A stretch of 64,000 nucleotides of DNA from Anthoceros angustus (Eukaryota; Plantae; Anthocerotophyta): NCBI GenBank assembly GCA_010909165.1, contig VJWM01000108.1, positions 997,237-1,061,236 of the forward strand, read 5' to 3'. Shown here piece by piece: positions 12,501 to 23,994 of the stretch (positions within the stretch are counted from its first letter, which is position 1; the number at the start of each line of letters is the position of its first letter). The position numbers and the translations under genes were made by a program. The notes beneath the pieces are model-generated. The model ran no database searches. It was not told where the DNA came from and saw nothing but the letters and a program-made list of their open reading frames with translations.

Positions 12501-12802
12501 CACGCCTCAAGCAGGAAGGGGGCCACGTGCCTCACACAAAGTTGGTTTTGAAGCCACTGGGTGAGAAGGAAAAGGAAGACGCGCTTTGCGGGCATGCTGA
12601 GAAGCTAGCTCTGGCGTTTGGTCTTTTGAACACTCCAAGTGGCACACCTCTTGTGGTAACCAAGAATCTACGCATGTGCAGTGACTGCCACAGTTCGACC
12701 GAGATCATGTCGAGGGTTGAAAAAAGAGACATTGTTGTAAGGGATGGGTACCGTGTGCATCGATTCGCAGCTGGTTGTTGCAGTTGCAAGGGTCGACCGT
12801 GA
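9599..12802 (+). CDS. PDF-motif + PLS-PPR-E-DYW:KP (GRP-type) RNA editing factor, paralogue C; a few frameshifts near 10990-11065
   Basis: The 465-aa and 601-aa ORFs join across a short indel-damaged stretch. Five DMYAKCG-containing triplets, then KKPAVAGIEV, HAEKLA, CSDCH and CSCKGRP*. Confidence 0.92.
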
Positions 12803-13733
12803 GAATGAGTAAGGTCAAGTCAGTCCGCAGAAGGTGAACTGTGGGAGTGGGGAGTCGTTCGAAGAGGAGGTGGGCGCGAGAAGAGTGTGCTGTGCCCCAC
12901 TGTCGACAAGCGCCCAACAGGGTGGGCCAAACGGCAGCATTGGGCAATTTTCCTTTGATCTTATCAAATATAGTACCTCATGAAGTTAGCCTCCTTGGCC
13001 CAGAAGATTTACCACGCATGTGCAGTGGTCCTCACTGGAAGTGCTGCGGTGTTGTCCGCGTCTACCACCAAAGTCCTTCCTCCTTACTAACCAGACCAGT
13101 ACAACAAACAACAGACAATACCAGACATGCAGACTTCGTCTACTAACCAATCTGGCGCGGTCTGGCCCTTTGTGATTTCAAACATATTTTTCGAAATGTT
13201 TTTCCTCTAGCTTAATTCATTTCTTTATGAACTTAAGGTTGGAGTATGTTCTTAACCACCTAGTTTCCTGTTTAGTGGGAGTTAAGCTCTGTCGTTTGGC
13301 TCTTTAGGTAGCTAATTCTCATCCCTACTTCATAGTGAGTGAGAGTGGTGAAATAGTGGGTGAGAGTGCTGAAATATTTGACATATTAAGGCCCAATTCA
13401 TAAGGTATCCTTTAAATTCTAGAATTAACATTATTTATTCCTTATTTTCTTTTCCTTCTATTTTGGTAGATCACGTGAGGTCAAGATCCAAAGAGATAAT
13501 TGTATGCTATATATGTATGTCCTAGTGGAAAAGACTATCATAAAAAGTAGTTACACTTCTAAGATAGTATGTTATACATGCATGTCTTAGTATGAAAGAC
13601 TACCATAAAGAGTGATTCCTCACTATATATACGTATATCATAGCAGGAAAGACAATATATCATATAAAGTGAGTATACAGTTATTGCAAAAAATTAGCAC
13701 TTGTTCTTGCAGCAACCAATTTGATAGTTCAAA

Positions 13734-14150
13734 ATGAAATCAAAACAAAACTCCATTAACTTTCTAAAGCCGTTGCTGGGTCTTAGAAGCAATGCATGTG
13801 ATGAGGATAGCAATGGAAAAGAAAGCAAGAAGCCTATGAAATGGTACATAGCTGTGGAGGTGGGGGATGAAAGGATTAGGTTTCCTCTTTCAATGGACGA
13901 GCTCAACCATGCCTTGTTCAGGCCCTTATTAGACTATACGGAGGCTGAGTTTGGCTTTCTTCAAAAAGGCAACTTGCGTATTCCTTGCAATGTAGAATTG
14001 TTCAAGAGATTGCTTCAATTTATCAGGAGTAAGCCACCGATACCAACTTCAACCTATCAAAGCATTCTTCATCATCATTGCACACGGAAGTTGGCTTTAT
14101 GTCACAAGTGTCAACAGCTGAACCCGATGACAAAAAAAATTATTGAGTAG
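13734..14150 (+). CDS. SAUR: SAUR-family (auxin-inducible) protein, 138 aa
   Basis: K.YIAVEVGDERIRFPLSMDELNHALFRPLLDYTEAEFGFLQKGNLRIPCNVELFKRLL matches the SAUR core (KG..VYVG....RF......LNHP.F..LL....EEFGF...G.L.IPC....F..LL). Confidence 0.85.
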   Translation: MKSKQNSINFLKPLLGLRSNACDEDSNGKESKKPMKWYIAVEVGDERIRFPLSMDELNHALFRPLLDYTEAEFGFLQKGNLRIPCNVELFKRLLQFIRSKPPIPTSTYQSILHHHCTRKLALCHKCQQLNPMTKKIIE

Positions 14151-14719
14151 ATTCCTCTTTCATAACGTTGTAGTCCCTAGTAGTTGGCACACGTAATGAT
14201 GGGAGAATATGCAAACATGAGAATCAAGGTTGGAAGAATATGCGGACGGTGTGTCAAATGTGCTTAGTTTCAACTCGTCTGAAAAGTTAGCTTAGCCATA
14301 ACTTTATTACTTTATTTTCAAAACGAACCTCCCAGAGAAATATGAAGGTAGAAAATTGTAAGTTAGATTTTTAAGTTACAAGACTTCATGGAGGGTACGA
14401 GCAGACAACACTCCATCACTTCCATGGTGAACTACTGCCACATGTGTGGTAGATCTATTGGGCGAGCAAGAGAACTTGACGAGGTACTACTAGCTCTCAC
14501 AAGATCATAGCCAAATTGCCTCATGCTACCGTTGCCACACCCTGTATGACGCTCGTCGAAAGTGAGCACAACAAAGTCCTCCATATTATGACAATCACCT
14601 CCCATTGGAATGTCTCCCGTCTCCCACGTGCTGTTAACAGTTCACCTGCGCATGCCTAGTTCTTCTTCATTCTCGCAGCTCTTCAACATGACCAAAGGGA
14701 TTTAAAGGAGCCCGAATGA

Positions 14720-14885
14720 AGAGTGCCCTAATATGTTAAGTATTTCATCAAGTTAGGGAGCATGGGTTGAGGCATTGCAGGTGTTTAATACATTGCCCAA
14801 AAGAAACATGGCCACTCGGCATGCCCAGATTGAAGGCTACTCCTGTGAAGGAGATGGTGACGTGATATTAACATGCTCTGAAAAT
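14720..14885 (+). pseudogene. decayed PPR fragment (second copy ~60585-60750)
   Basis: Reads KYFIKLGSM/VEALQVFNTLPKRNMATRHAQIEGY..., a degenerate S-P motif junction (MYAKCGS..EA.QVFD.LP.RNV.TWNA.I.GY). Confidence 0.55.
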
Positions 14886-17744
14886 CGCAGACGGCCAGAC
14901 CGCCACATTGTTTAGTATATAAAGTCTGTAGATTTGGTGTTGAATGATATTGATATTTTTAAAAATTAAAATTATTTAATTTTTAGGGTTAGAATTAGTT
15001 TAATTAGTTACTTAATTGGTTATTTGGTTATAACAACCTATAACACACCTACTTCACACAAATATTATGTACTTTCTATTATTATAATCAATGCATAAGA
15101 TCCTTTGAGCAAGTCCTTGATTCTCTTCATGGTTTCATAGCCATGATTTTTGTACTAGTGTAGAGGATGCATCCTCTGTATCATCAATGACACATATTGC
15201 AAGATGCCAAAACGCAAGACTTTGACGCGGTCCACGCTAATGTGTGATCTGAGGGAGGATCTCAATAACACCACCGCCCGTTCTAGACTCATCTACTCGG
15301 ACTGTCGCGAGGGCAAAGCTCAGCGATTTCCTACGTGCATTGCCACTCCGATCCTCATTATCCAATCAACGGAATCGCGTAGCGTCAATCAAGATCCTGC
15401 TTCACTCCACAAGTCACTCGGTGTGGTAAGAGCTTCTAGATCCTTTTCAAAACGGAGACGACCAGACAAGAAAGATAAGCACAATGAACTTATGAACTGC
15501 TTTTCCTCGTGCTTGAGTGCCTCCGTGGGTCAAGGTACAGACGCCAAAATGTTGCTGCTATCCAGAGAAGTTGCTGCCTGTTGATGTCGTGTGTAGGGCT
15601 TGCTGTCCAAAAGGCAATCATGTCCAGAGATGCTGCAACCATGGAATGGCATGAAGAAACGGCAGCCAAACTCAATGTGAAAAGGCGCGCATGCGTCTAT
15701 TTGCGGACGCGCGTGCATCCTTGAGGACGTGCCTACATGCTTGAGAGCGTGCCTGCAAGTGTGCATCGACGCACGCTGAACCGGCGCCTCACACCTTGCG
15801 GCCGTGCCCCTTGGTCACCAGTGTTGCCACTTTCGTGAAGATGCCTATGTCGAGTTCATGTCTTTTTTTGCACACTGCTGCACACAAAAGTTGCTGGATC
15901 GATATGCATGACATTCGATTCATCTGGTTATGAGGCAAAACCGGATAGCTGATGAATGGTTCAGGTCAGGTGGCATGTCCACGAAGGGTCTGACCTTATC
16001 TAATGACAGGATGTGGAATGTGTGGGCTTGGTTATATTGTTGGAGAAAATGGTGATCAAAAAGAAAAAGGTGACATAGGCATATTTGATTTCCCTTGAGT
16101 GCATTAAGGTGATTATCTTCTTTCTCTAATGTGGTTGAAAAGCATGTGCCTAACGATGTATGACTGTTGTTTTGTGTAGCTGATGCTACTACAGACACAC
16201 CTTGGCCTACGTGTGAGAAGGTGGTGACTGCCAAGCCTATTGGAAACAATTTGGGGTTCTACAAGCCTGGCCTGCTCCCACTGGGTGATTATGAAAAGAA
16301 GGTTTATGTAATTACCCTAGGAGTAGGTGACAAGAATAGCATCGTCCCAGATTGCTACGTGTGTGAAGAGGCTAATATGCATGTGATGAGAATTGCATGT
16401 GTCCCATGTGAAGCATTTCGAGGGCATACCAAGCACGTTTTCCGTAAGTGCCTATGGTGCTAAAAATACTATATTTGTAATATGAAGGCTACATGGAGTG
16501 CAGACAAGGTGGGTGGAGGGAGGCCGCCATTGCCGCCACCGCGCCGAGGTGTGCCGAGTACCGAGAGCCGCCGCGCCTCCATGCAATATAGGTGCTCTCG
16601 TGGTCGATTTGCAAGGCGCCATGGCCACACCGCATCAACCAGCCAACACCTATCATAGATGGATTGCAACGGGTTTCCCTATGCACCCGTTTTTGGTTGG
16701 TAGATGGGCCATGGGACATTATTCCGTTTATTTTAAGCAATTGATATTCCATAGTACTCGTATTGGGCTATGTAGGCATTTCCCGTATTCATGTTTTCCT
16801 TGTATTTAGGTATTTTCTTTAAAACATATTTTTGGAAATGTTTTTCCTCTAGCTTAATTCATTTCTTTATGAACTTAAGTTTGGAGTATGTTCTTAAGCA
16901 CTTAGTTTCCTATTTAGTGGGAGTTAGGCTATGTCGTTTGGCTCTTTAGGTAGCTAATTTTCACCCCTACTTCATAGTGAGTGAGAGTGATGAAATATTT
17001 GACATGTTAGGCCCTATTCATAAGGTAGCTAATTTTCACCCCTACTTCATAGTGAGTGAGAGTGATGAAATATTTGACATATAAGGGCCCTATTCATAAG
17101 GTATCCCTTAAATTATAGAATTAACATTATTTATTTCTTAGGGCTACAACTAGTTTAATTAGTTACTTAATTGGTTATTTGGTTACAACAATCTATAACA
17201 GCGTGTGGGTGGAGAGGGGTTTCTCCAGTGACCCCATTTTGCACACGCCCGAACTTGCGGATGCCAAATTGCACGCTGAAAAATCCGTATTGAAAACAGC
17301 AGTTTTGAAGAGTTTAGGTCTTATTTACGCATTTACAAATGTATTTGATTTTATACTTTATCAAATTATGAGGTATCCTAAAAGAAGGCCACTCTCACGA
17401 CCAGCACGTGTACCAACGTTTACAGTTTTAGGGCCTCTGCTGTGATTCTGATGCGCAAACAAGTTTGCGCAACAACTTTTCACTCGTACCAGTCAATCCT
17501 AAGACTATACTCTCACTATGTGAATTCTATAGGACTTTGTTTCTCAAACATTGGCACGATAGTATCTTCATTGATCTAATGCTCTTGATCCGCGTGCAAT
17601 GCGAGAATGAGATTGGTATGGTAGACCTGCACTTGGAGCTGGGCGCACGCCAAACGTCTCAAGATTCAAAAGAATGGTTCTCACTCTAGTTCAAAGCTGT
17701 CATGCCGTGTGATACTAATCTATGCACTTGGGTTTAGTGTTTGA

Positions 17745-18830
17745 TTAGCATTAATTAATCTAATTACTTATCTTTAAGTAAGTGATTAGTGTTAATTAAT
17801 CTAAGATGCTTATGCTAATTAAGCATTGATTAGTGTTAATTAATCTAAAGTGCTTATGTTAATTAAGTGTTGATTAGTGTTAATTAATCTAATGTGCTTA
17901 TGTTAATTAAGCATTGATTAGTGTTAATTAAACATGGTTAGCAATAGCTAAGTGGATAAGCTCAAGTAATATGCTTTGGCATATTCCTTGCATATTATAG
18001 TGTATTCTTAGGATACAATAGCTAAGTGGATAAGCTCAAGTAATATGCTTTGGCATATTCCTTGCATATTATAGTGTATTCTTAGGATATTTCGCATATC
18101 GATGCCAATAGGATATCTTAGGAATATGCCGATGCCAGGTCTAGTATATATAGACCCTTCCATTGAGGACAAGCTCAGATCATAGCTTGTCCTCTAGATA
18201 TGCAATGCAAGAGCGTTGTGAGGAGGCCAAAGCTATGACTCCGAGAGCGATGTGTGAGGAATTTGCGTGTTGTTCTCGTGGGGAGAGTGTGTTTGTGCCA
18301 CGACGCGAGCTACTCCTCCTGTTGTTACAAGCTATGATCTCGCACGCTAGTGATGCCAGCGATGCCAGCGATGCTAGGCGATGCTGCGATGCTAGCGATG
18401 CTAGCGATGCTAGGCGATGCCAGCGATGCTAGGCGATGCCAGGCGATGCTAGGCGTGCTAGCGATGCTGCGATGCTAGGCGATGCTAGGCGTGCTAGGCG
18501 AGGCTACGCGAGGCAACGCTAGTTCTTTAAGCAAGTAGGCAAGGGACTCAAAGTGTGCCCAAGGCTTAAGGCCAAGAGGAGGAGGCGGCCCAAGTCCAAG
18601 GCCAGAGGAGGAGGAGAAGAAGCCTGCCCAAGGCCAAGGAGAGGAGGCCCAAGTCCAAGGCCAAGGAGAGGAGGCAAGAAGCCCAAGTCCAAGGCCAAGG
18701 AGAGGAGGAGAAGAAGCCCAAGCCCAAGGCCAAGGAGAGGAGGAGGCAAGCCCAAGTCCAAGGCCAGAGGAGGCAAGAAGCCCAAGTCCAAGGCCAAGGA
18801 GAGGAGGCAAGAAGCCCTACCAAGGAGAGG
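17745..18830. repeat. cluster of tandem repeats upstream of the Gypsy-like element
   Basis: ~34-bp AT-rich units (gattagtgttaattaatctaa...) at 17745-17930, a ~74-bp direct duplication at 17941-18088, 9-10-bp GCGATGC[T/C]AG units at 18347-18500, and CCAAGG/GAGGAGG units at 18560-18830. Confidence 0.8.
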
Positions 18831-19001
18831 AATGAGGCCTCCACAAGGGGGGCTGGCCTTTTAAGGCCAACCAACCAAGGGAGAAACAAGAGTATTTTAC
18901 TCTTGGGCCCCGGATTCCAAGGGATAAGGGGGAAGCGGATAGACATGGGTATGTCATCAGTCCATGTGATTTCACTTTCTGTCCAAAAGTCCTAGTTTGT
19001 C

Positions 19002-19058
19002 AGCACCCCATCCAGGTACTGATCCACCCCACGGGTGCTTAACTCTGGAGTTCCTATG
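19002..19058 (-). other. 5S rRNA-derived segment (A box, intermediate element, C box); not a complete 5S gene
   Basis: Minus strand CATAGGAACTCCAGAGTTAAGCACCCGTGGGGTGGATCAGTACCTGGATGGGGTG aligns with plant 5S CATCAGAACTCCGCAGTTAAGCGTGCTTGGGCGAGAGTAGTACTAGGATGGGTG (recalled). The 5S 5' and 3' ends are missing. Confidence 0.65.
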
Positions 19059-19235
19059 CCTTTGCTATCCAACTCACCCAGCTCACATTTTTTGATTGAA
19101 GTGTAGCCTGCAGAGTATATGTATGCGATTTTAACATGCATAGATACTTAGAGGTTTCACTAATCACGATCTAAGATAGCGGGGTGTGTTAACCTTGATT
19201 AAGGGTTTGATCTAGCCACTAACCGCCTGGAGTGC

Positions 19236-22200
19236 ATGCCTGGACACACTCGATCCGGACGGAGCTACCAACCAAGTCCATCGAGCGAATTCAAGTCCCG
19301 ACCAAGAGGAGAAGTGCGAACACTCGATTTTGGTACCACCGGACGCGGAGGAACCCAGCGACACAATCAACAATCTTTGAAGGATCATGGTGGCAACACA
19401 CAAGACACGTTAGTCTTTGCCGGGACAACTCAGTGGAAGCGACAGCGAGGAGGACTTGTCTCTAGGAGTCGTCAAGATGGGAGGAGACAAGGATCGAATG
19501 GAGTTGTTCACAGGACGAGCGGGCACCTTGCCACTGGAGGACTTCATCGAGAAGTACGGTGCGGTGTGTGCGGAGATGGAATTGAAGACCGGATACACGA
19601 AGCGATACGGCTTCATCCAAATGCCGAAGTACTTGGGGGATGAAGCATTGGCGTGCTATCGCGAGCACAAGGCGAGGTTGTTGAGCACATATCTGGAGGA
19701 CCAGTGAGTAGCAGTTCAAGCTCCGAAGGAACCGGTCACGGAGGCGGTGGCACCGAGTGGGCACGATCCCATCAAGAGATGTTTGACATCTTCCTACTGG
19801 AGTTTCGCAAGCACGGATGAGAAGATCTCCGAGCCGACACTTCAAGATGAAGTCAGCGAGACGCAAGATGGCTTATCAAGAATCGACCACTGGTACGTGA
19901 CACCAAGATCATGAGTGACCGATCGGGCGCAGAGAAGTACTTGCAGGCATTGCCATATGCACGCGCATGAAGGTGCAACAAGCGGTGCACAAAGACGGCA
20001 ACACTACACCCTCAAGGAAGTGTACGAGATGGGCGACAAGATAGGGCCGACACTTTCTCTCGTCTTTGCAAGTGATTACTCCAAGACAAGTAGGAGTGGT
20101 GGACGACATGACCGACGCGGAGGTCAGAGTGGAGGAGCTCGGCGAGACAAGCCAGCCCACAGCCCAAGTGACGAGCCCTGCGTGAGGTGCCGAGGACGGA
20201 CCATTCCCTCATGAGTGCGAGCATGCATTCGGAGGAGTCAAGGGTGAGGAGCCATGCCCTAGGTGTGGGAGGTACGGCACAATGAAGCGGCATGTTGGGA
20301 GAAGCATCCGAATTGCGGCCTCACGGGTTATCGAGCAGCAACCCCGCCAATGCATCTGCGTCAACCTCATCCACAAAATCGAAGAGCAAAGGCGCCGTGG
20401 AGGAGGCACTGCAAGTCCCGTGGACAAAAGAAACGGAAGCATCAAAGAAGACGATGGACAGCTACGTGGCACGCCTTGCAAAGCTGGAGAAGTTGGTGCG
20501 GAAGGCGAAGATCAAGGAGAGCAGTTCATCATCGAGGACGAAGAAGATGAGCACAAGCTTGGATACATGGCGTGACCAGATCCAAGGGCAGGGAAGAAAC
20601 CTCGCAGCTACGAGAGAAGATAGCTCGAGGAAGAAGAGGATGTCTTGACACCGGTCACGGAAGACACGGAAGGAAGCTTGGGGATCCTCTTCCGAACCTA
20701 TGCCAAGATGCCAAAGTCGTTTGAGCCATTGCCAGGAGCAACTGGGAGCAACATCAAAGTCCAGTGGGCGATGTGGAGAAACCCATGCAGATTGTCGACG
20801 GAGACGATGGCACAAAAGCTTCTGGAGATGCCATGTTTCAGCCTACAAGACATGGGGTTGAGCGTGAAGGAAGTCAGGGGTTTGACTCGGCGGATGTTGA
20901 CAACCCTTGAAGACGAAGCAAGTGTCGACAATGTGCCACAACAGGTGGCAATGATGTCATTGCTGACCTCGGAGCCAAGCATCTCTGTGGAGAAGCGGAA
21001 TGCTGCACGAGTGGGAGTGGCTTTGGTCAACAATCGGGAGAGGCACATTGAAATCAATGGATTCGCACCAAGGAGGTGTTAATTGACACCGAGCACCGGT
21101 GATCGTTGGAAGAAGAGTGAAGGAAGCGTTGGGTCTCCACCAAGAAAGGTTGAAGGAAACCAAGTGGAAGATCCGATCACTGGGACCACGGAGCATGTGT
21201 TGGGGTGACAAGGTACAAGCTGAAGGTTTCATTCAAACCAAGAACAGACTTCACCTTTGTCGAGGTACACCGCTTGGTCACCGATGCGCATACTTTGATG
21301 TCTTCTTTGGGAGCGGACGCTTTGTACAAACCTCGAGTCATGGTGGATTTGTGGACGGAGGCAGTCTACTATCGACCAGTGGAGAAGCGGAGCAAAACCG
21401 ATGAACGGATTGCCCGCATCCCTCTGCTGCATGGCAAGGATCATGAGAACCTCATTGCCAGCGTCTACCCGGTGTTTGGCGCCGTAGTGAAGGACACGCC
21501 ATACGTGCTTGAACCTCTTGGCGTGTGTCTAACAACCGCAACTGACCTGATGGAGGATTTCGACGAGGAGGAGGAAGACAAGCTAGGGTTGCAACCACCC
21601 TCGGAGGAGGTTCTTCAAGTCACTCGGACGGAGCTGGTGATCGCAAAGAATGAGCCGTGCAAAAGGCTGTGGAGGATGGTGCAAGAGGACCAAGGTCCTA
21701 TGAGCCGAGAACTGTAAGTTCTTGCCTAGGGTTGAGCCTGTTTGTGACCTAAACACCCAGGTCATCACATGGCGACCTCGGGAAGACGGCATAGTGATGG
21801 TGGAACTCTTTGGAGGCATCGATCGGCTTGGGCGGTGCTAAAGTGTGGCATCAAAGTGCGAAGATACGTGCATTGTGACCCGGATCCAAAAGCAAGGATT
21901 GTGTCACAGAAGCGCGTAAGAGACTTGATGGGGGAGTACCCTAACCTCGACGTGGGAGTCGGTGAAGGGTTACCGAGGCTGCCGATGGATGTTCGCATGA
22001 TAGGGTTGTCCCATTTGAGTTGTCTTGGCAACCGGTGGACCTTGTCATCGCAGTTGGGAGTGTCAAGGACTATCCTCTGCGGGGAAAGGGTCAAGGTCAA
22101 GGATCCACGCATTGTTCTATGACCTGATGAGGATCTTGCGCTTGATCCAGAAAGGGCAAGAAAGGCCTTGCGGATACATGTTGGAGAATGTGCCAGCATG

Positions 22201-22900
22201 CATGAGCATGAAGAAGCAAGTCCAGGAGGATTTTGGCATGATCCGAGGAGTGACCGAGAAGGAACGGTGTCGATTGCTTGGGCAAGCATTTGACATGGAC
22301 ATGATGACCTGGTTGTTCAGCGCTGGAGTCGCTTACCAACTTCGAAACCAGAAGAAGGCGGGGTTGAAGCAGCGGGTTCGGTGGGCAAAAGGCATTCCAG
22401 CACTCGCATCTCAACAAGAGAAGGCGAGTTTGGAGGGCAAGGAGAGTAAGCGCGTAGAGGAAGCGTGCAAGCCATCTGAGCCACAGCCACATGAGTGGTT
22501 AACAGGCATCGAGTTGAAGAGCAATCAACGGCGTCAGCTAAAGGAGTTGTTGGAGGCATCGCGACATGTGTTTGCTTTCACGCTATGGAGATGGGGAAGT
22601 ACACCAAAGGGAAGTTCCACATAGAACTAATCAAGAATGAACAAGTGTTCGCAGAGGCACAGCTCGAAGGCAAGAAGAAAATGGCGAGCAACCGGCTGGG
22701 GGGGAGAGTAGTCCACATGACAGGCGCATGAGGATGCTGAAGACAACCCTCCACTTATGGACAAGGTTCATAACCTCTGGACGACATTCAAGAAGATTAA
22801 TCGGTTTTGTGCACAATGCGCTAACAAGAGGTGCGTACGTGTGTAGTCCTACTAATGATAATGTTTTGACTTAGAGTCTCACATTATCAGGGGGGGATTG
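19236..22900 (+). mobile_element. degenerate Ty3/Gypsy-like retroelement: gag - CCHC knuckle - protease - C5 DNA methyltransferase - RT start; RT core, RNase H and integrase deleted; LTRs unresolved
   Basis: gag-like start MPGHTRSG and MELFTGRAGTLPLEDFIEKY. CPRCG..GHNEAACWEKHP knuckle at ~20250-20310. VLIDT protease motif at ~21077-21092. Gypsy pre-RT segment QRRQLKELLEASRHVFAF..EMGKY...FHIEL at ~22525-22630. Purine tract AGGGGGGGA at ~22889. Confidence 0.75.
21722..22330 (+). pseudogene. DNA (cytosine-5)-methyltransferase domain inside the retroelement polyprotein (frameshifted, internal deletion)
   Basis: Joining frames gives motif I GIVMVELFGGI, II KVRRYVHCDPD, III LPMDVRMI, IV PVDLVIA/WECQGLSSAGKG...ALFYDLMR, VI GYMLENVP and X ERCRLLGQAFDM, in canonical order. 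Confidence 0.85.
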
Positions 22901-22992
22901 GTTGCACCTATATCTGCGTATGAGATTTGTTTGCTTGGTTGTTGGTCGGGAAGTGCTTATATGAATTCAGTGCTTACCTCGTGCGACATCGC

Positions 22993-23632
22993 CATACAAT
23001 GGCTGGCCCACAATGGCTGGCCATACAATGGCTGGCCCACAATGGTGCCATACAATGGTCGGCCCGACAATGGCTGACAATGGTTGGCCATACAATGGCT
23101 GGCCCACAATGGGCCGACAATGGTCGGCCCGACAATGGTTGGCCATACAATGGTGGCCCACAATGGCCATACAATGGTTGGCCCGACAATGGCTGGCCCG
23201 ACAATGGCTGGCCCGACAATGGCGCCCGACAATGGCGGGCCGGACAATGGCGGCCCGACAATGGTCGGCTCGACAATGGTCGGCTCGACAATGGCTGGCC
23301 ATACAATGGCCGGGCCGACAATGGCATACAATGGCTGGCCCTACAATGGCTGGCCCGAAAATGGCTGGCCCGACAATGGCTGGCCATCGATGGTTGATCA
23401 TACAATGGCTGGCCAAAATCCAAGAATGGCGCCTAACGCCGGCAATGGCCGCCCGACGATGGTTGGCCCGATGATGGCGCCCGACAATGGCTGGCCCGAC
23501 AATGGCCGGGCATAAAATGGTTGGCCAAAATCCGTGAATGGCGTACGCCCGACAATGGTCAGCATAAAATGGCTGGCCAAAATCTAGGAATGGCGCCCAA
23601 CGCCCGACAATGGCTGGCCATATAATGGCCCG
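22993..23632. repeat. 15-bp satellite/minisatellite ACAATGGCTGGCC(CG/CC/AT), array 1
   Basis: Dozens of tandem units, with an interspersed longer variant (ggccaaaatccaagaatggcgcc..acgcccg). Confidence 0.95.
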
Positions 23633-23994
23633 CAAAAGGCGGCATGTACAAACATGTACCATCGGGGGAGTGCGCACTTGCTTGTGGGTGTAGAGGTGGC
23701 ACCTGCTCATAATAAGAACACTTAAGAAAATGCCAAAGAGCGTGACGTACTAGTATTAGAGCGCCCCCGCTCGCGACTTTTTCCCTTTCTAGGCCAGACT
23801 GTGTGTAAGGGCTGGGATTAATGGAGTGCGTGTTGCCGAGTGGCACGCCTCCGCACATTTGAATGGACGTGTTCATCATCCCCCCACCAAATTTAAAATA
23901 CCCCTCCCCCCTTCCTCCCGTCTCCCACCTAGCCCCCCTTGCTAGTCCACCAAATTTATAACTTTGCTTACATTTTACAATGTTGCTTATACTT

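Larger units (their letters stand above)
13445..17695. repeat. composite duplicated block (SAUR, PPR fragment, other fragments); second copies at 59345-61700 and 57017-58310
   Basis: 13445-15880 aligns by eye with 59345-61700. 15765-17695 aligns with 57017-58310, except that 15925-16568 is absent from the second copy. Confidence 0.85.

Noticed and set aside
47-12947. Many antisense and alternative-frame ORFs over the PPR genes (e.g. ...[14 protein letters not shown]...)
   Set aside because: Shadow frames of the repetitive PPR coding strand.
17699-18945. Possible 5' LTR of the Gypsy-DNMT element (TGTCA...GACA, starting where similarity to the 58.3-kb copy ends)
   Set aside because: No matching 3' LTR after the purine tract at ~22890, no clean PBS and no TSD; left unresolved.
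18475-18946. Lys/Arg-rich and Leu-rich ORFs resembling protamine/histone H1 or membrane proteins
   Set aside because: Translations of a low-complexity CCAAGG/GAGGAG tandem repeat.
22927-23710. Long repetitive ORFs in several frames (MAGPT/QWLAR/NGWPD; also at 37.7-38.4 and 52.7-53.3 kb), and a possible CRISPR-like array
   Set aside because: Products of a stop-free 15-bp satellite. No unique spacers, no cas genes, eukaryotic context.
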